64,000 bases of DNA from Promethearchaeota archaeon (GTDB lineage: Archaea; Asgardarchaeota; Lokiarchaeia; Sigyniarchaeales; SOKP01), in contig SHMW01000009.1 of assembly GCA_008080735.1 (NCBI GenBank), positions 6,883-70,882 of the forward strand, read 5' to 3'. The stretch's first letter is position 1; every line of letters starts with the position of its first letter. Below the pieces are notes generated by a model that was not told the origin of the DNA, made no database searches, and worked only from the letters and a program-made list of their open reading frames with translations. Positions 10,090 to 19,782 of this stretch are shown here, piece after piece. Made by a program: the position numbers and the translations under genes.

Positions 10090-11394
10090 TTAAGGTTTCG
10101 TAGTTTCATTCTCTTTCAATTGTTTTTGTAAAGCCTCTTCGTCATCATCTTCCGAATGTATCCTCTTAAGATCAACATCTGAATAGCCTGGAAGTTTGTT
10201 TATGATTCTCCTGGTGGAGTTCTTAATATCTTTGCTCGATGTGATGAATCGACCTACAATTAAAATATCGGCACCCATAGATAAGGCATCGTCCGCGGTT
10301 TCTGGGGTGATTCCCCCCGCAACTGCCACTAAGACTCGGTCTCTCCCGCTTGCGAGCTTATTTCCCGCATAGAGTTCTTTTATCTTGGGTACGAATCCCC
10401 ATTTTTTCTTTTGGGCCTCATCGCTCCCCGAAGTCGCTGTTGATTGTTCTGCATCGATACCTCGATGGAGGATCACTACGCGAGGTATTTGTTTCAACGA
10501 TTTTAACTTTTGAACAGGATCGGGAACTTCCATCATATCAATAATCCCGTCGATCCCCAATCTCTCCGCCTCTAAAAGAAATTTATCAATGGACGCACTG
10601 GAGGCTAAACCACTACACACTACACCATCAGCTCCCGCGTTGAATGCGTCATCGACTTCAAGTTTCCCTACATCTAATGTTTTAAGATCTGCTACGATAT
10701 ATTTATTAGGTTCTAACTCTCGAATGGTTGTAATAGCATCCATACCGTACTTCTTCAAAAAGGGGGTACCAGCTTCCAATATTATCCGGTCGCTTTTCGG
10801 TAAACGTTGGATTACTTTTGTTTGGTGTTCTATTGAAGGATGATCGAGTGCAACTTGAAGATAAGGCGGTCTCCACAATTTTGGCGCCTTGATCCCCGCA
10901 ACGGGGTGTTTTGCTCTATCTTTATCATAAAATATCTTTTCGATTGGAGGATAATTCTTAAGCGCTCTTCTAAGGGCCAATTTAACCGCACCATAATTAT
11001 ATTGATAGATTTTTCTATAATCATCCCCTTCTGGATGGATGAAGACGTTTACAATTATTACCCAGTCATCCAATTTATCCATCGGGATGATACTCTCTTC
11101 TACCGCGTCAGCAACTGCCTTTGCCACTGCAGACTGGGCGGGTCCGAAAATCTTATTCGCCTCTTCCATTTTTTTTATGGTAACCTTTGGAATAATTAGA
11201 GTTTGAGGCTTGGGAACTAAATTTGGACGGATAACCGCGAGTAGACTCCCATGGCCCACTGAAGGTTGGCTAAGACTCTGCGAAAATGCATACCCTACAG
11301 GTCCATCCTTAGAACCCACCATAACATCTACATGAGCCAGGTTTGGTGCGTCTCCAATTAAAGCTTCGCCAATGTAAAATTCAGTTTTTGGCAT
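10090..11394 (-). CDS. fae-hps: Bifunctional formaldehyde-activating enzyme / 3-hexulose-6-phosphate synthase
   Basis: GEALIG..AHVD..FGPAQSAVAKAVAD (Fae); LQVALD, EAGTP, DLKTLD, VAVAGGI (Hps). Confidence 0.95.
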   Translation of the reverse strand: MPKTEFYIGEALIGDAPNLAHVDVMVGSKDGPVGYAFSQSLSQPSVGHGSLLAVIRPNLVPKPQTLIIPKVTIKKMEEANKIFGPAQSAVAKAVADAVEESIIPMDKLDDWVIIVNVFIHPEGDDYRKIYQYNYGAVKLALRRALKNYPPIEKIFYDKDRAKHPVAGIKAPKLWRPPYLQVALDHPSIEHQTKVIQRLPKSDRIILEAGTPFLKKYGMDAITTIRELEPNKYIVADLKTLDVGKLEVDDAFNAGADGVVCSGLASSASIDKFLLEAERLGIDGIIDMMEVPDPVQKLKSLKQIPRVVILHRGIDAEQSTATSGSDEAQKKKWGFVPKIKELYAGNKLASGRDRVLVAVAGGITPETADDALSMGADILIVGRFITSSKDIKNSTRRIINKLPGYSDVDLKRIHSEDDDEEALQKQLKENETTKP

Positions 11395-11516
11395 AATTAA
11401 TTACAAATTACTTTGGTTATTTTAATTTATTAATAATGTAAGCTCTATTTTAATAAAAATGTATATCGTTCTCGTATTACAATTAATCTAAGGTAATATT
11501 ATCTATTAAATTAATG

Positions 11517-12857
11517 TTAATCCATGAAGGAGGTTTCGATGTCTTTAGCTTCTTGGAGCATCTCTTTTAGTTGAGAATAAGAGAGATCTTTAGTTTCAAA
11601 GATGATGTGCTCACAATCATACTTGGTGAAATCGTGTTCTATTATGTTTATCCCGAATTCCTCCCTCTCAGTCCATAATCGTGATCCAGGATAAGGGGTG
11701 GCAACGAAATAATTTATTGTATCTTCTTCAGTTAAAGGCAACTGTTTAATATAGTCTAAGGTTTTCCGAAAGGTTTGTTCGGTCTCTCCCGGTAATCCAA
11801 GCACGAAATAGGCTTGTACGGGAATATCATATTTCTTTAGGTGTTCCAATCCTTTTTTAACCTTATGGGGATCTTGGTACTTGAAATTCTTCCTTAACAC
11901 CTCTTTGCTGGCGGATTCTATCCCAGTGGCAATAACCTGACAGCCAGATTTTTGTAGTAATCGGACGTGCTTCGGAGATAGATTATCCACTCGTAGTTCA
12001 CAACCCCAAGGAATTTGAAGATAAGTGTTTTGAAGTAGAGTGCATAATTTCTCGAAAAAGGTGAGATTGAGGTTTATATTATCATAAAAATTGATAAACT
12101 CATAGGTCTGCATCGATTTAATATCGCGAATCTCAGCATCGATCGACTGAAGGCTGCGTAAGCGGGTAGACTTAAATAATTGCTGACGAGAACAAAAAGA
12201 GCATTGATTCGGACATCCTCGATTGATGATAATGTTCGCGACGGTATAATAAAAATTGACAGGCCGAAGCTTATAGCGGGCTGGAAGCGGTAAAGTATTA
12301 AGATCAATTATTTCAGATTGATTTCCTGTATATTCATATTTTCCTCTCGAATTTATATACGCGAGATTAGGAATTTTCCGTATTTTCTGTTCAATATTCA
12401 TCAAATCTTGATGAGTAATATTATTTGATTTAATGAGTTGCATCAACTTAGGCAGCGAGATCTCTGCTTCTCCGACAACTATTAAATCAATTATTTTATC
12501 TTTTTCGTAATCACGTTTTAAGATTTGTTTGGAAAGAAAGGATACGTGTGCTCCGCCAAATATAATTATTTTTTTGGGAGATTTTCGTCTAATAATTCGA
12601 GCATAATCCATTGCTTTTTGAAAATTATTCGTTAGGGATGTGATTCCAATAATATGATGGGAAGATGAATAATCTATAAGCGCGCTTTTGACGGCAGCTT
12701 TACTCACATGGAGGTATTGTTCTAAATCAAGCAATTCTACCTCAAAATCATATTCATGAAGAATTGCTGCTAAGTAAAGAAGTCCACTATTTGGCTCTCG
12801 AAAAAAATGAGTATCTTGTTCAGTAGGTTTAGTCGTTTTTGGATTTATGAAAAGCAT
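11517..12857 (-). CDS. B12-binding radical SAM protein
   Basis: GLLYLAA, GGAHVS, RGCPNQCSFC, GIES, GLPGET, PYPGS. Confidence 0.9.
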   Translation of the reverse strand: MLFINPKTTKPTEQDTHFFREPNSGLLYLAAILHEYDFEVELLDLEQYLHVSKAAVKSALIDYSSSHHIIGITSLTNNFQKAMDYARIIRRKSPKKIIIFGGAHVSFLSKQILKRDYEKDKIIDLIVVGEAEISLPKLMQLIKSNNITHQDLMNIEQKIRKIPNLAYINSRGKYEYTGNQSEIIDLNTLPLPARYKLRPVNFYYTVANIIINRGCPNQCSFCSRQQLFKSTRLRSLQSIDAEIRDIKSMQTYEFINFYDNINLNLTFFEKLCTLLQNTYLQIPWGCELRVDNLSPKHVRLLQKSGCQVIATGIESASKEVLRKNFKYQDPHKVKKGLEHLKKYDIPVQAYFVLGLPGETEQTFRKTLDYIKQLPLTEEDTINYFVATPYPGSRLWTEREEFGINIIEHDFTKYDCEHIIFETKDLSYSQLKEMLQEAKDIETSFMD

Positions 12858-12870
12858 GTTTTTTTATCGT

Positions 12871-13671
12871 CTATTCTTTTGGGGGATTATCCGGAATCTC
12901 AAACGCATTTTCCAGTTCACTGATTTCTCTCGATTGGTTTAAGCGTTCATCGGGAAGGACGGGAATATCTAGGTGTATTGGCTCTCTCTGATCATCTCTG
13001 TGAATAAACAACTCTATTCCTTGTAGCTGCCTTCGATTAATAAGTATTCTTGTGGAGTATGATCTATCATCAAAAAAAGTAAATCCATCATTTAATCGAC
13101 CCAATTTAACGGTCTTTTTGGTAGTTTCTTGCTTGGGAATCATATTTTTAATTTTCTTCTCGTCTGTATATATATTTACCCCAGAGATTAGAAACTTTCT
13201 AATGAAGTTCTCTGGTTTTGGAATCTGGTCAATATTTTCAATAGCATTCTTAATTTTTAGCCCAGGATGAACTGATAACTCTTGTGGTTCAAACCTCCCC
13301 ATTGATTCTTCCGAAAAGTCCTCTTCTGTTATTTCTTTTGCCCTTCCGGGACCGATAGATTTCGCTAATACTCCTTTAAATGTCTTATTATCTTTCGTAT
13401 ACTGATTTAAAGAAAAAATCCGATAGAATAATCGTAATTGTTTTCTTAATTCTCCCGCGAGAATTCCGCCAAATATTTGTAATTTAAAGGAGCTTTTAGT
13501 GCCATTATAGACCCAAATCCGTTTTTCATCGTGGTCAACTAAGAGAAAGACACGGTCCGAAGAATCTTCATTAATTATATCTGAAACTCTTTCTATTCCT
13601 TGTTGATTCGTCAATTCTCTCGTTTTCATATAGGGAAATTTTTTTAGCTCAATCGCTTCAAATATTTGCAT
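12871..13671 (-). CDS. Asgard single-domain gelsolin-like protein with C-terminal domain X (1DGelX-type)
   Basis: SSDRVFLLVD..RIWVYNGTKSS resembles the gelsolin core; ~120-aa C-terminal beta domain. Confidence 0.6.
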   Translation of the reverse strand: MQIFEAIELKKFPYMKTRELTNQQGIERVSDIINEDSSDRVFLLVDHDEKRIWVYNGTKSSFKLQIFGGILAGELRKQLRLFYRIFSLNQYTKDNKTFKGVLAKSIGPGRAKEITEEDFSEESMGRFEPQELSVHPGLKIKNAIENIDQIPKPENFIRKFLISGVNIYTDEKKIKNMIPKQETTKKTVKLGRLNDGFTFFDDRSYSTRILINRRQLQGIELFIHRDDQREPIHLDIPVLPDERLNQSREISELENAFEIPDNPPKE

Positions 13672-13925
13672 AGGATATCAAATTCTTCTTTCTATAGATT
13701 TAGTAATTTTTTCAATTTAAAAGTTTTTTTCCATTACAAAATTTTCCAATCGATTTTCATCGTATAATTAGAAATATGTTCTAAACCCAATACCTTAGTA
13801 TTTTTTTCTAAAATACCTTCCAGAGAATATAGATGAAACACACTCTCAGTTGCCAGATTAATAAAATATTTATATTTTCATACATTTTTAAAGATAGTTT
13901 AATATTTACCAGATTGGTAATATCA

Positions 13926-14330
13926 ATGTCAGAGAAAACAGTCTACAAGCTAAATATATCTGCTCCCGATGGCGAGTTTAAGTCGCAATCGAGAAAAATA
14001 ACGTTGGATGAGAACCGATTCAGTCGATTGGAAGGGCTCAAAATTGGTGAAACTGTGCGCGGAGGGCTTATTGGGTTTGCGAATTATGAATTTGTGATTA
14101 CAGGAGGGTCTGATTCCAGCGGATTCCCAATGCGAAAAGACATCCATGGACCGGTAAAAAGAAAAATTTTAGTATCGAAAAGATCTACGGGTTATCATCC
14201 AGAGCGGAAAGGGCAAAAGCGGAGAAAAACAGTGAGAGGGGATGAAATCACAGCCGATATGACGCTGGTAAACCTTAAAGTCACAAAATTTGGAGAAGCT
14301 GAATTATTTAACCCAAGCGAAGAGGAATAA
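13926..14330 (+). CDS. rps6e: 30S ribosomal protein S6e
   Basis: ITGGSDSSGFPMRKDIHG, GQKRRKTVRG; start placed at ATG 13926 (MSEK). Confidence 0.95.
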   Translation: MSEKTVYKLNISAPDGEFKSQSRKITLDENRFSRLEGLKIGETVRGGLIGFANYEFVITGGSDSSGFPMRKDIHGPVKRKILVSKRSTGYHPERKGQKRRKTVRGDEITADMTLVNLKVTKFGEAELFNPSEEE

Positions 14331-14372
14331 ATACGAATAATTCATTAGAAAAAACATAAAAAGTGATTAGAC

Positions 14373-14555
14373 ATGCCAAAAACGCAAAATTGTTCTTTTT
14401 GCCAATATCAGATTCCCATCGGACGAGGATTAATGTACGTAAAGCGAGATGGTACAATATTGCATTTCTGTTCGAATAAATGCCGAAAAGCAATGTTAAA
14501 TCAGAAAAAAAATCCAAGAAAGACGAGATGGACTAAGGTCTATGGCCAAGAATAA
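14373..14555 (+). CDS. rpl24e: 50S ribosomal protein L24e
   Basis: CSFC..GRGLMYVKRDG..FCSNKC..NPRKTRWT. Confidence 0.96.
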   Translation: MPKTQNCSFCQYQIPIGRGLMYVKRDGTILHFCSNKCRKAMLNQKKNPRKTRWTKVYGQE

Positions 14556-14755
14556 AATTTCTCGTTTAGTCCATTATTATATTAAAAACTTCTTGGAATT
14601 TGATTTAAATTCGAGACCTTCTCTTCATTACTTTTAGTAATCTAAATAAAACTATATATCTTAATCACACAATTCAATAAAATATTTTAGGAATAGATCA
14701 TTTCTAAACTTAGAATATTATATATTTTGCATCATTATTTTTGAGAATACTCACC

Positions 14756-14956
14756 ATGATAATACCTATTAGATGCTTTTCTTGTGGAAAACTAATTGCT
14801 GACGCATATAAACCGTATAAGGAATATTTAGAAAAAGGAGAAAGTTCCGAGAAAGCATTTGAGGAGTTAGGAATTAAACGATTTTGTTGTAAACGCTGCA
14901 TTATCTCACATGTAGATTTGATTGACGATTTACTCAAATTTCCTCGCTTACAATAA
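14756..14956 (+). CDS. rpoN: RNA polymerase subunit N (Rpo10)
   Basis: MIIPIRCFSCGK..LGIKRFCCKR. Confidence 0.96.
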   Translation: MIIPIRCFSCGKLIADAYKPYKEYLEKGESSEKAFEELGIKRFCCKRCIISHVDLIDDLLKFPRLQ

Positions 14957-14996
14957 ACTCATTTATATTTGTAATTTTCAGCTGATTTTTCAAAGT

Positions 14997-15176
14997 TTAG
15001 GTTTTCTCAGACCTATTTATTTTCAATGAGCAATCATCATCCCCCTCACATCCCGTATTAAATCCTGTATTGAATTTCTCAGATTGACATTGAGGGCAGA
15101 TGGGTTTACCATGATATTCTCCTTCACCTTGAAAGATAAAAGAAGTAGATTTTCCACAAAAAATACAGTTTTTCAT
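14997..15176 (-). CDS. Small zinc-finger protein, 59 aa (not in ORF track)
   Basis: Hand translation MKNCIFCGKSTSFIFQGEGEYHGKPICPQCQSEKFNTGFNTGCEGDDDCSLKINRSEKT; two CxxC pairs. Confidence 0.7.
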   Translation of the reverse strand: MKNCIFCGKSTSFIFQGEGEYHGKPICPQCQSEKFNTGFNTGCEGDDDCSLKINRSEKT

Positions 15177-15238
15177 AATCTATGAAATAATAGGTTCATA
15201 TTTATTCTTTTGAGTTTTAAGAGATAAAAAAAAAGACA

Positions 15239-15728
15239 ATGAACTACCAGCCCCTAAAGGAGCAGGATTCTTGCTTTCTTGACCACCGCTCCTAAAGGGT
15301 GTCTTACAAGATCTCCACAAGCGTAACTTCCCGTAGTCCCTATGGTAGGTCATGAAATGGTGGTGATACCTCTTTCCTCTAAGAGGCGTATTCCTTTTTT
15401 CTCAATCTTGGTAGAAGGATTCTTATCTCGGTGATGATACGTGCCACATTCGATTTCCACCACCTCTGCCTCAAAATTATCTGCTAGTTTAACAACTCTT
15501 GTTTTTAGAGCTTCACTCCTCCCGATCTCTTTTATACACACGGACTGACGGTATTTTCTATAAGGATTAGGTGATAGATGAGAGAATAGACTCTATAGGG
15601 CTCTTTTCGATATTCCATTATGGAATTATTACCTTAGATTGGATAAAAAGGAAATCACTGCTTGAGTTTGTCATTTTTACACGCATTTATTCATGCCCTA
15701 AAGGACATGGCTTTCTGCGAAAAAAATG
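15239..15728 (-). mobile_element. Non-autonomous, internally deleted IS200/IS605 element (tnpA 5' remnant fused to tnpB 3' remnant)
   Basis: Left-end hairpin catgtcctttagggcatg; frameshifted TnpA (YRVYSLIYHLIL/KYRQSV..LK..EVVEIE); TnpB tail (CGTYHHRDKN, TIGTTGSYACGD); right-end hairpin cctgctcctttaggggctgg then gttcat. End positions approximate. Confidence 0.85.
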
Positions 15729-15824
15729 GTAAAAAATTTTATTTATTATAAGTCATTATACTCTCTATCTAAACTCGATGATTAATGAGAATATTTTATA
15801 CAATATTTGAATGAGATGATATAA

Positions 15825-16190
15825 ATGAGTTATGTAAAATTTAAAACACCGGAAAAATTACAAGATCAAGTAAAACAAGGGTTAAATCAAATCGCCCAAG
15901 CAAGAGATTCGAAGATCAGAAAAGGAATGAACGAAACAACTAAAAGTATTGAACGTGGGACTGCGAAATTGGTAATAATGGCAGAAGATGTCACACCACC
16001 CGAAATTTTGTTTCATATTCCCATCCTTTGCGATGAGAAGGGTGTGCCCTATGGATATGTATCCAGCCAGCAAGATTTAGGAAACGCGGTTAGAATTAAT
16101 GTGAGCTCTTCTGCTGTGGCTGTTGAGGATGCTGGATCTGAGAATAATGTATTATCTGATTTAGTTGATAAACTGAAGAATTTAAAATAA
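15825..16190 (+). CDS. rpl7ae: 50S ribosomal protein L7Ae
   Basis: KIRKGMNETTKSIERG, AEDVTPPEI. Confidence 0.96.
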   Translation: MSYVKFKTPEKLQDQVKQGLNQIAQARDSKIRKGMNETTKSIERGTAKLVIMAEDVTPPEILFHIPILCDEKGVPYGYVSSQQDLGNAVRINVSSSAVAVEDAGSENNVLSDLVDKLKNLK

Positions 16191-16222
16191 TAATCTAAAT
16201 TGCTAAGGAGCCGTGTGGTAAA

Positions 16223-16462
16223 ATGTCAAGCAAAGATAAAAGCCAATTTACAGAGGATGATTCCATCCCAGCTCAAGTTATCCAAGTTGTTGGACGAACG
16301 GGGTTGACAGGAGAAATCAATCAAATTAAAGTACGGATTTTAGAAGGTCCAGATAAAAATAGAATTCTGACGCGAAACGTGAAAGGTCCTGTTCGGGAGG
16401 ATGACGTAGTACTCCTAAGAGAAGTTGAGAGAGAAGCACGAAAAATAAGAAAAAGACGATAA
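16223..16462 (+). CDS. rps28e: 30S ribosomal protein S28e
   Basis: [21 protein letters not shown]. Confidence 0.96.
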   Translation: MSSKDKSQFTEDDSIPAQVIQVVGRTGLTGEINQIKVRILEGPDKNRILTRNVKGPVREDDVVLLREVEREARKIRKRR

Positions 16463-16487
16463 AATTAATTGCCACGCATCATAGATT

Positions 16488-16709
16488 TCAATCTTCTTTT
16501 TCATCTTTAAAAAACTCTAACAGTTCTAAATTTACACTATATTCTTTTTGTAAATATTCGCGTATGGCAGTTCTAATCGCTTCTGATCTGCTAGATACTA
16601 ATCCCATTCCGATTAGTTTTTGGATGTTGTCATCATAGCACTCAGGTATGTTAATAGTGATATTTTGCATTGGAGATTTTTTTTTCTCTATCTTATTATT
16701 TTTAGTCAT
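16488..16709 (-). CDS. Ribbon-helix-helix (CopG/Arc/MetJ) regulator
   Basis: ITINIP beta strand, SRSEAIRTAIREYL. Confidence 0.85.
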   Translation of the reverse strand: MTKNNKIEKKKSPMQNITINIPECYDDNIQKLIGMGLVSSRSEAIRTAIREYLQKEYSVNLELLEFFKDEKED

Positions 16710-16820
16710 AAAAATCGTCCTCTAAATTAAGATTATCAAAAGGGAGCTTGAAATAGGCAAAACAACCAATTAGATTTGCGTATTTATATAAAACCCTTAA
16801 TCAATTTCACTTATCCGAAA

Positions 16821-16851
16821 TATATATAACTTAAAGTTAAAGTTGTATATA
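16821..16851. promoter_or_regulatory. Imperfect inverted repeat upstream of RHH gene (candidate operator)
   Basis: tatatataactt-aaagtta-aagttgtatata: 12-bp arms with 1 mismatch, AT-rich. Confidence 0.35.
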
Positions 16852-17038
16852 AAAATTTCGTTCTCCCTAATCTTCTTATATAGTTCTCCTAATCATTATG
16901 GAGATCTTGAACAATGCAAATACACTACTTTAATATTACTGAAAAAATTTTAAACAGACTTTCCTATTAATTAATAAAGGTGAGAGAAACGTATATTGAT
17001 TACTACTATAAGAGAAGAGAATAAGATTAAAAAAATGG

Positions 17039-17713
17039 TTAGAGTCGATCATGTTTTTCAATATATCGACCACGAGTTTCGATAATTTTAATATTTTTGA
17101 TTATAGATTTACTTAAACTTCTTTTTTCCTTCACGTATGCATTTTTATAGCCTTCAAGAAACATTTTAAAACAAAACTTATAATCGTCTCCATGAGATGC
17201 TATTAAAACACGTTTAAAGAGATGAAGATCCACGCTTTTATCTTCAATAGAATCAGAATATTCATGTAAACCAAAATCAATCAAATAGATTTTTTCTTTC
17301 TTATTCAATATTATGTTACTTGTTGTTATATCTCCATGAATCTGTCCATTTTGATGGAGTTTTGAAATAAATTCTCCTAGCTTTCGAAAAATCCATTTCT
17401 TTTGAAAATTTGAAAGATCATTCATAATATCCTTCAATTTTTCCCCTTTAACATACCCCATAATTATTATTGCGTTCGAATAATCAATTTCATAGACTTG
17501 GGGGACATTTATGCCATATTTCTTAATTTTAATTAGAGCCCGAGCCTCATTTATGGTTCTTTGGGAACGGATTTGCTGATCTAATTCTTCTATTCTATAC
17601 TTTTTGGGAATTCTGTGTTTAAAAATTACATCGTGTCCGAACCAATGTCCCATATAAAGTACCGCTTCTGCTCCTTTCTTTATAATCTCCTTTTTCATGA
17701 TTGAATTATTCAT
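17039..17713 (-). CDS. bud32: KEOPS kinase Bud32
   Basis: KGAEA, KHRIPKKYR, HGDITTSN, IDFGL, VDLHLF. Confidence 0.95.
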   Translation of the reverse strand: MNNSIMKKEIIKKGAEAVLYMGHWFGHDVIFKHRIPKKYRIEELDQQIRSQRTINEARALIKIKKYGINVPQVYEIDYSNAIIIMGYVKGEKLKDIMNDLSNFQKKWIFRKLGEFISKLHQNGQIHGDITTSNIILNKKEKIYLIDFGLHEYSDSIEDKSVDLHLFKRVLIASHGDDYKFCFKMFLEGYKNAYVKEKRSLSKSIIKNIKIIETRGRYIEKHDRL

Positions 17714-17716
17714 GTT

Positions 17717-18721
17717 TTATTTTCTCCATGGTATTGGAATCTTATCCATTCTCTCTTTTGGCTTAATAATGGTATCATTTATAAGATCGCCTCCTTGAGA
17801 CAGATATTTTAAGATTCCAGTCCAAGCGATCATAGCACCATTATCTCCAGCAAAACGTAAGGGAACTGCTTCAAATCGGGCATTATGCTCTTCACTAATA
17901 TATTTTATCATGTTTTGAAGTCGCTTATTAGCTGCAACTCCTCCTGTAAGGAGTAATTCCTTTTTTTCAGTATGTGCTAATGCTCTCTCAGTCACTTCAG
18001 TAAGCATGGCAAAAGCAGTCTCTTGTAATGAATTGGATACATCCTTTAAATCATATGAATTCCCATATTCCGGTGATTCAATCAGCTTTTTCGCTGCGGT
18101 AAATATTCCGGAGAAGGATAAATCCATTCCTTTTACAACATAAGGCAACTTAATATATTTTTGAGATTTTTCTGCCAATTTTTCGATTTTTGGGCCTCCA
18201 GGGTGAGCTAATCCAACTTCGCGCGCAAAGGAATCGATCATGTTTCCAATCGCTAGGTCTAGGGTCTCCCCAAAGATCTGATATCGTGAAGATTCATAAG
18301 CACTGACGATTGTGTTCCCCCCCGATACATATAGGGTGAGGGGGTCTTCAATTTGACACATCAATCTCCCAATCTCAATATGAGCTATGCAATGATTTAC
18401 TCCGACTATCGGGATTCTAAGCTTTTGACTTAATAAACGAGAAACAATCGCACCAATCTTAAGAATGGGACCGAGACCAGGACTTTGGCTAAATGCGATG
18501 AGATCAATATCGTGAACAGTTATATTGGCCTCTTCAATAGCTTTCTTAATGACAATATCAAAGTTATTAAGATGTTGTTCTTTTACCAGAGCTGGATGTA
18601 AGCCACCTTCTTCGGGTTTAAAAATGTCATTTACTATACTTAAAGTGCCACCATTAAAGTCTACAATTCCTACACCAAATGTGTGAGCAGTAGATTCAAT
18701 GCCGAGAGCAATATTTGTCAT
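17717..18721 (-). CDS. kae1: tRNA N6-threonylcarbamoyltransferase Kae1
   Basis: GIESTAH, VNHCIAHIE, SGGNT, HPGGP, DNGAMIA. Confidence 0.97.
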   Translation of the reverse strand: MTNIALGIESTAHTFGVGIVDFNGGTLSIVNDIFKPEEGGLHPALVKEQHLNNFDIVIKKAIEEANITVHDIDLIAFSQSPGLGPILKIGAIVSRLLSQKLRIPIVGVNHCIAHIEIGRLMCQIEDPLTLYVSGGNTIVSAYESSRYQIFGETLDLAIGNMIDSFAREVGLAHPGGPKIEKLAEKSQKYIKLPYVVKGMDLSFSGIFTAAKKLIESPEYGNSYDLKDVSNSLQETAFAMLTEVTERALAHTEKKELLLTGGVAANKRLQNMIKYISEEHNARFEAVPLRFAGDNGAMIAWTGILKYLSQGGDLINDTIIKPKERMDKIPIPWRK

Positions 18722-18830
18722 TATTTAATTAGATAATAATAGAATAGTAAATGGATTATTTATAGTTTGAATACAACAATATAAAAAGATTCCTAAAAGC
18801 AGAGGCAAAAGAGAATAAATAATATTAAGA

Positions 18831-19046
18831 TTATGTAGATTTTGAGCGTTTTCGTGGAGATCTTCGTCTTGTGCGTCCAGAAGTCTTCTTTCCTTTTCTC
18901 TTAAATACTGTATATCCACAACGTCCACACACCGATCGATCATAATGATCCCCCATAAATACTGCTGGGCCACATTTTGGGCACGTTCTATTTGTTCTTG
19001 TAAGTTTATCTCCCTCAACTTTATAATATTTTGAAGTGTCTGTCAT
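18831..19046 (-). CDS. rps27ae: 30S ribosomal protein S27ae (eS31)
   Basis: CPKCGPAVFMGDHYDRSVCGRCGYT. Confidence 0.95.
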   Translation of the reverse strand: MTDTSKYYKVEGDKLTRTNRTCPKCGPAVFMGDHYDRSVCGRCGYTVFKRKGKKTSGRTRRRSPRKRSKST

Positions 19047-19066
19047 ATTTTATCTCACCTGTAATA

Positions 19067-19420
19067 TTAATAACCAAATAATTGTTGATATGGTTCTCCT
19101 TTTCTTTTTAATTTATAAATTTCGGAACGGGTGTCGGGATCTAAATTACGCACTTGAATATGGAATGGTTCGTAATACTTCAATTCATCAGCATTTTCAT
19201 ACACCATCCCCCGACCCATAGAATAGGAGCCTCCGAAATGTGATTTGATATTTCTAATAATTGTAAATTCTAGTTTTGCGCCTTGCATCGCGGCAAGTTT
19301 TTTCTTAACCTCAAGTCGATTAGGTACGCTTTCGCCGAAATGATCTATTCTAAACTTAATTTCTGTCCTATCCACAAGCGGGTTCTTTTTTTCTTCGAGA
19401 ATTTCTATTTCAAATGTCAT
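19067..19420 (-). CDS. rps24e: 30S ribosomal protein S24e
   Basis: NPLVDRTEI..PNRLEV..HFGG..VYE. Confidence 0.93.
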   Translation of the reverse strand: MTFEIEILEEKKNPLVDRTEIKFRIDHFGESVPNRLEVKKKLAAMQGAKLEFTIIRNIKSHFGGSYSMGRGMVYENADELKYYEPFHIQVRNLDPDTRSEIYKLKRKGEPYQQLFGY

Positions 19421-19532
19421 CTTACATCTATTTTCTGTTAATTGACCAATCTCTTAATTTAAAGATGATTATATGTTATATACAATAATTGCATGATATC
19501 AAATAAAATTTTTGATTTTAAAGCTTAGAAGG

Positions 19533-19742
19533 ATGTCAGAAACACAAAAATTACACCATAAAGCCAAAGTCATGTTTATATTAGAATTATTGATCTTTTT
19601 TGGGATATTTCTTATATATTTTTGGTTACATTCTGTTATCGTGGGTCTTTATTATTTAATTTTTATCTTCAGTTTATTCATTTGGATTATTGCTATTGTC
19701 CTAACTTTGGCAATTTATAATAAGACTCGTGAAAAGATTTAA
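19533..19742 (+). CDS. Small two-TM membrane protein
   Basis: Two hydrophobic segments after MSETQKL. Confidence 0.55.
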   Translation: MSETQKLHHKAKVMFILELLIFFGIFLIYFWLHSVIVGLYYLIFIFSLFIWIIAIVLTLAIYNKTREKI

Positions 19743-19782
19743 ATTGATTGAAAATGGGATCCTTTCCTGTTCTTAGAATTAA

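Noticed and set aside
15350-15541. 63-aa ORF as a functional gene
   Set aside because: It is the TnpA/TnpB deletion junction of the IS remnant
18725-19221. Track ORFs 18725..19018 and 19036..19221
   Set aside because: They overlap rps27ae/rps24e in other frames and show no protein-like motifs
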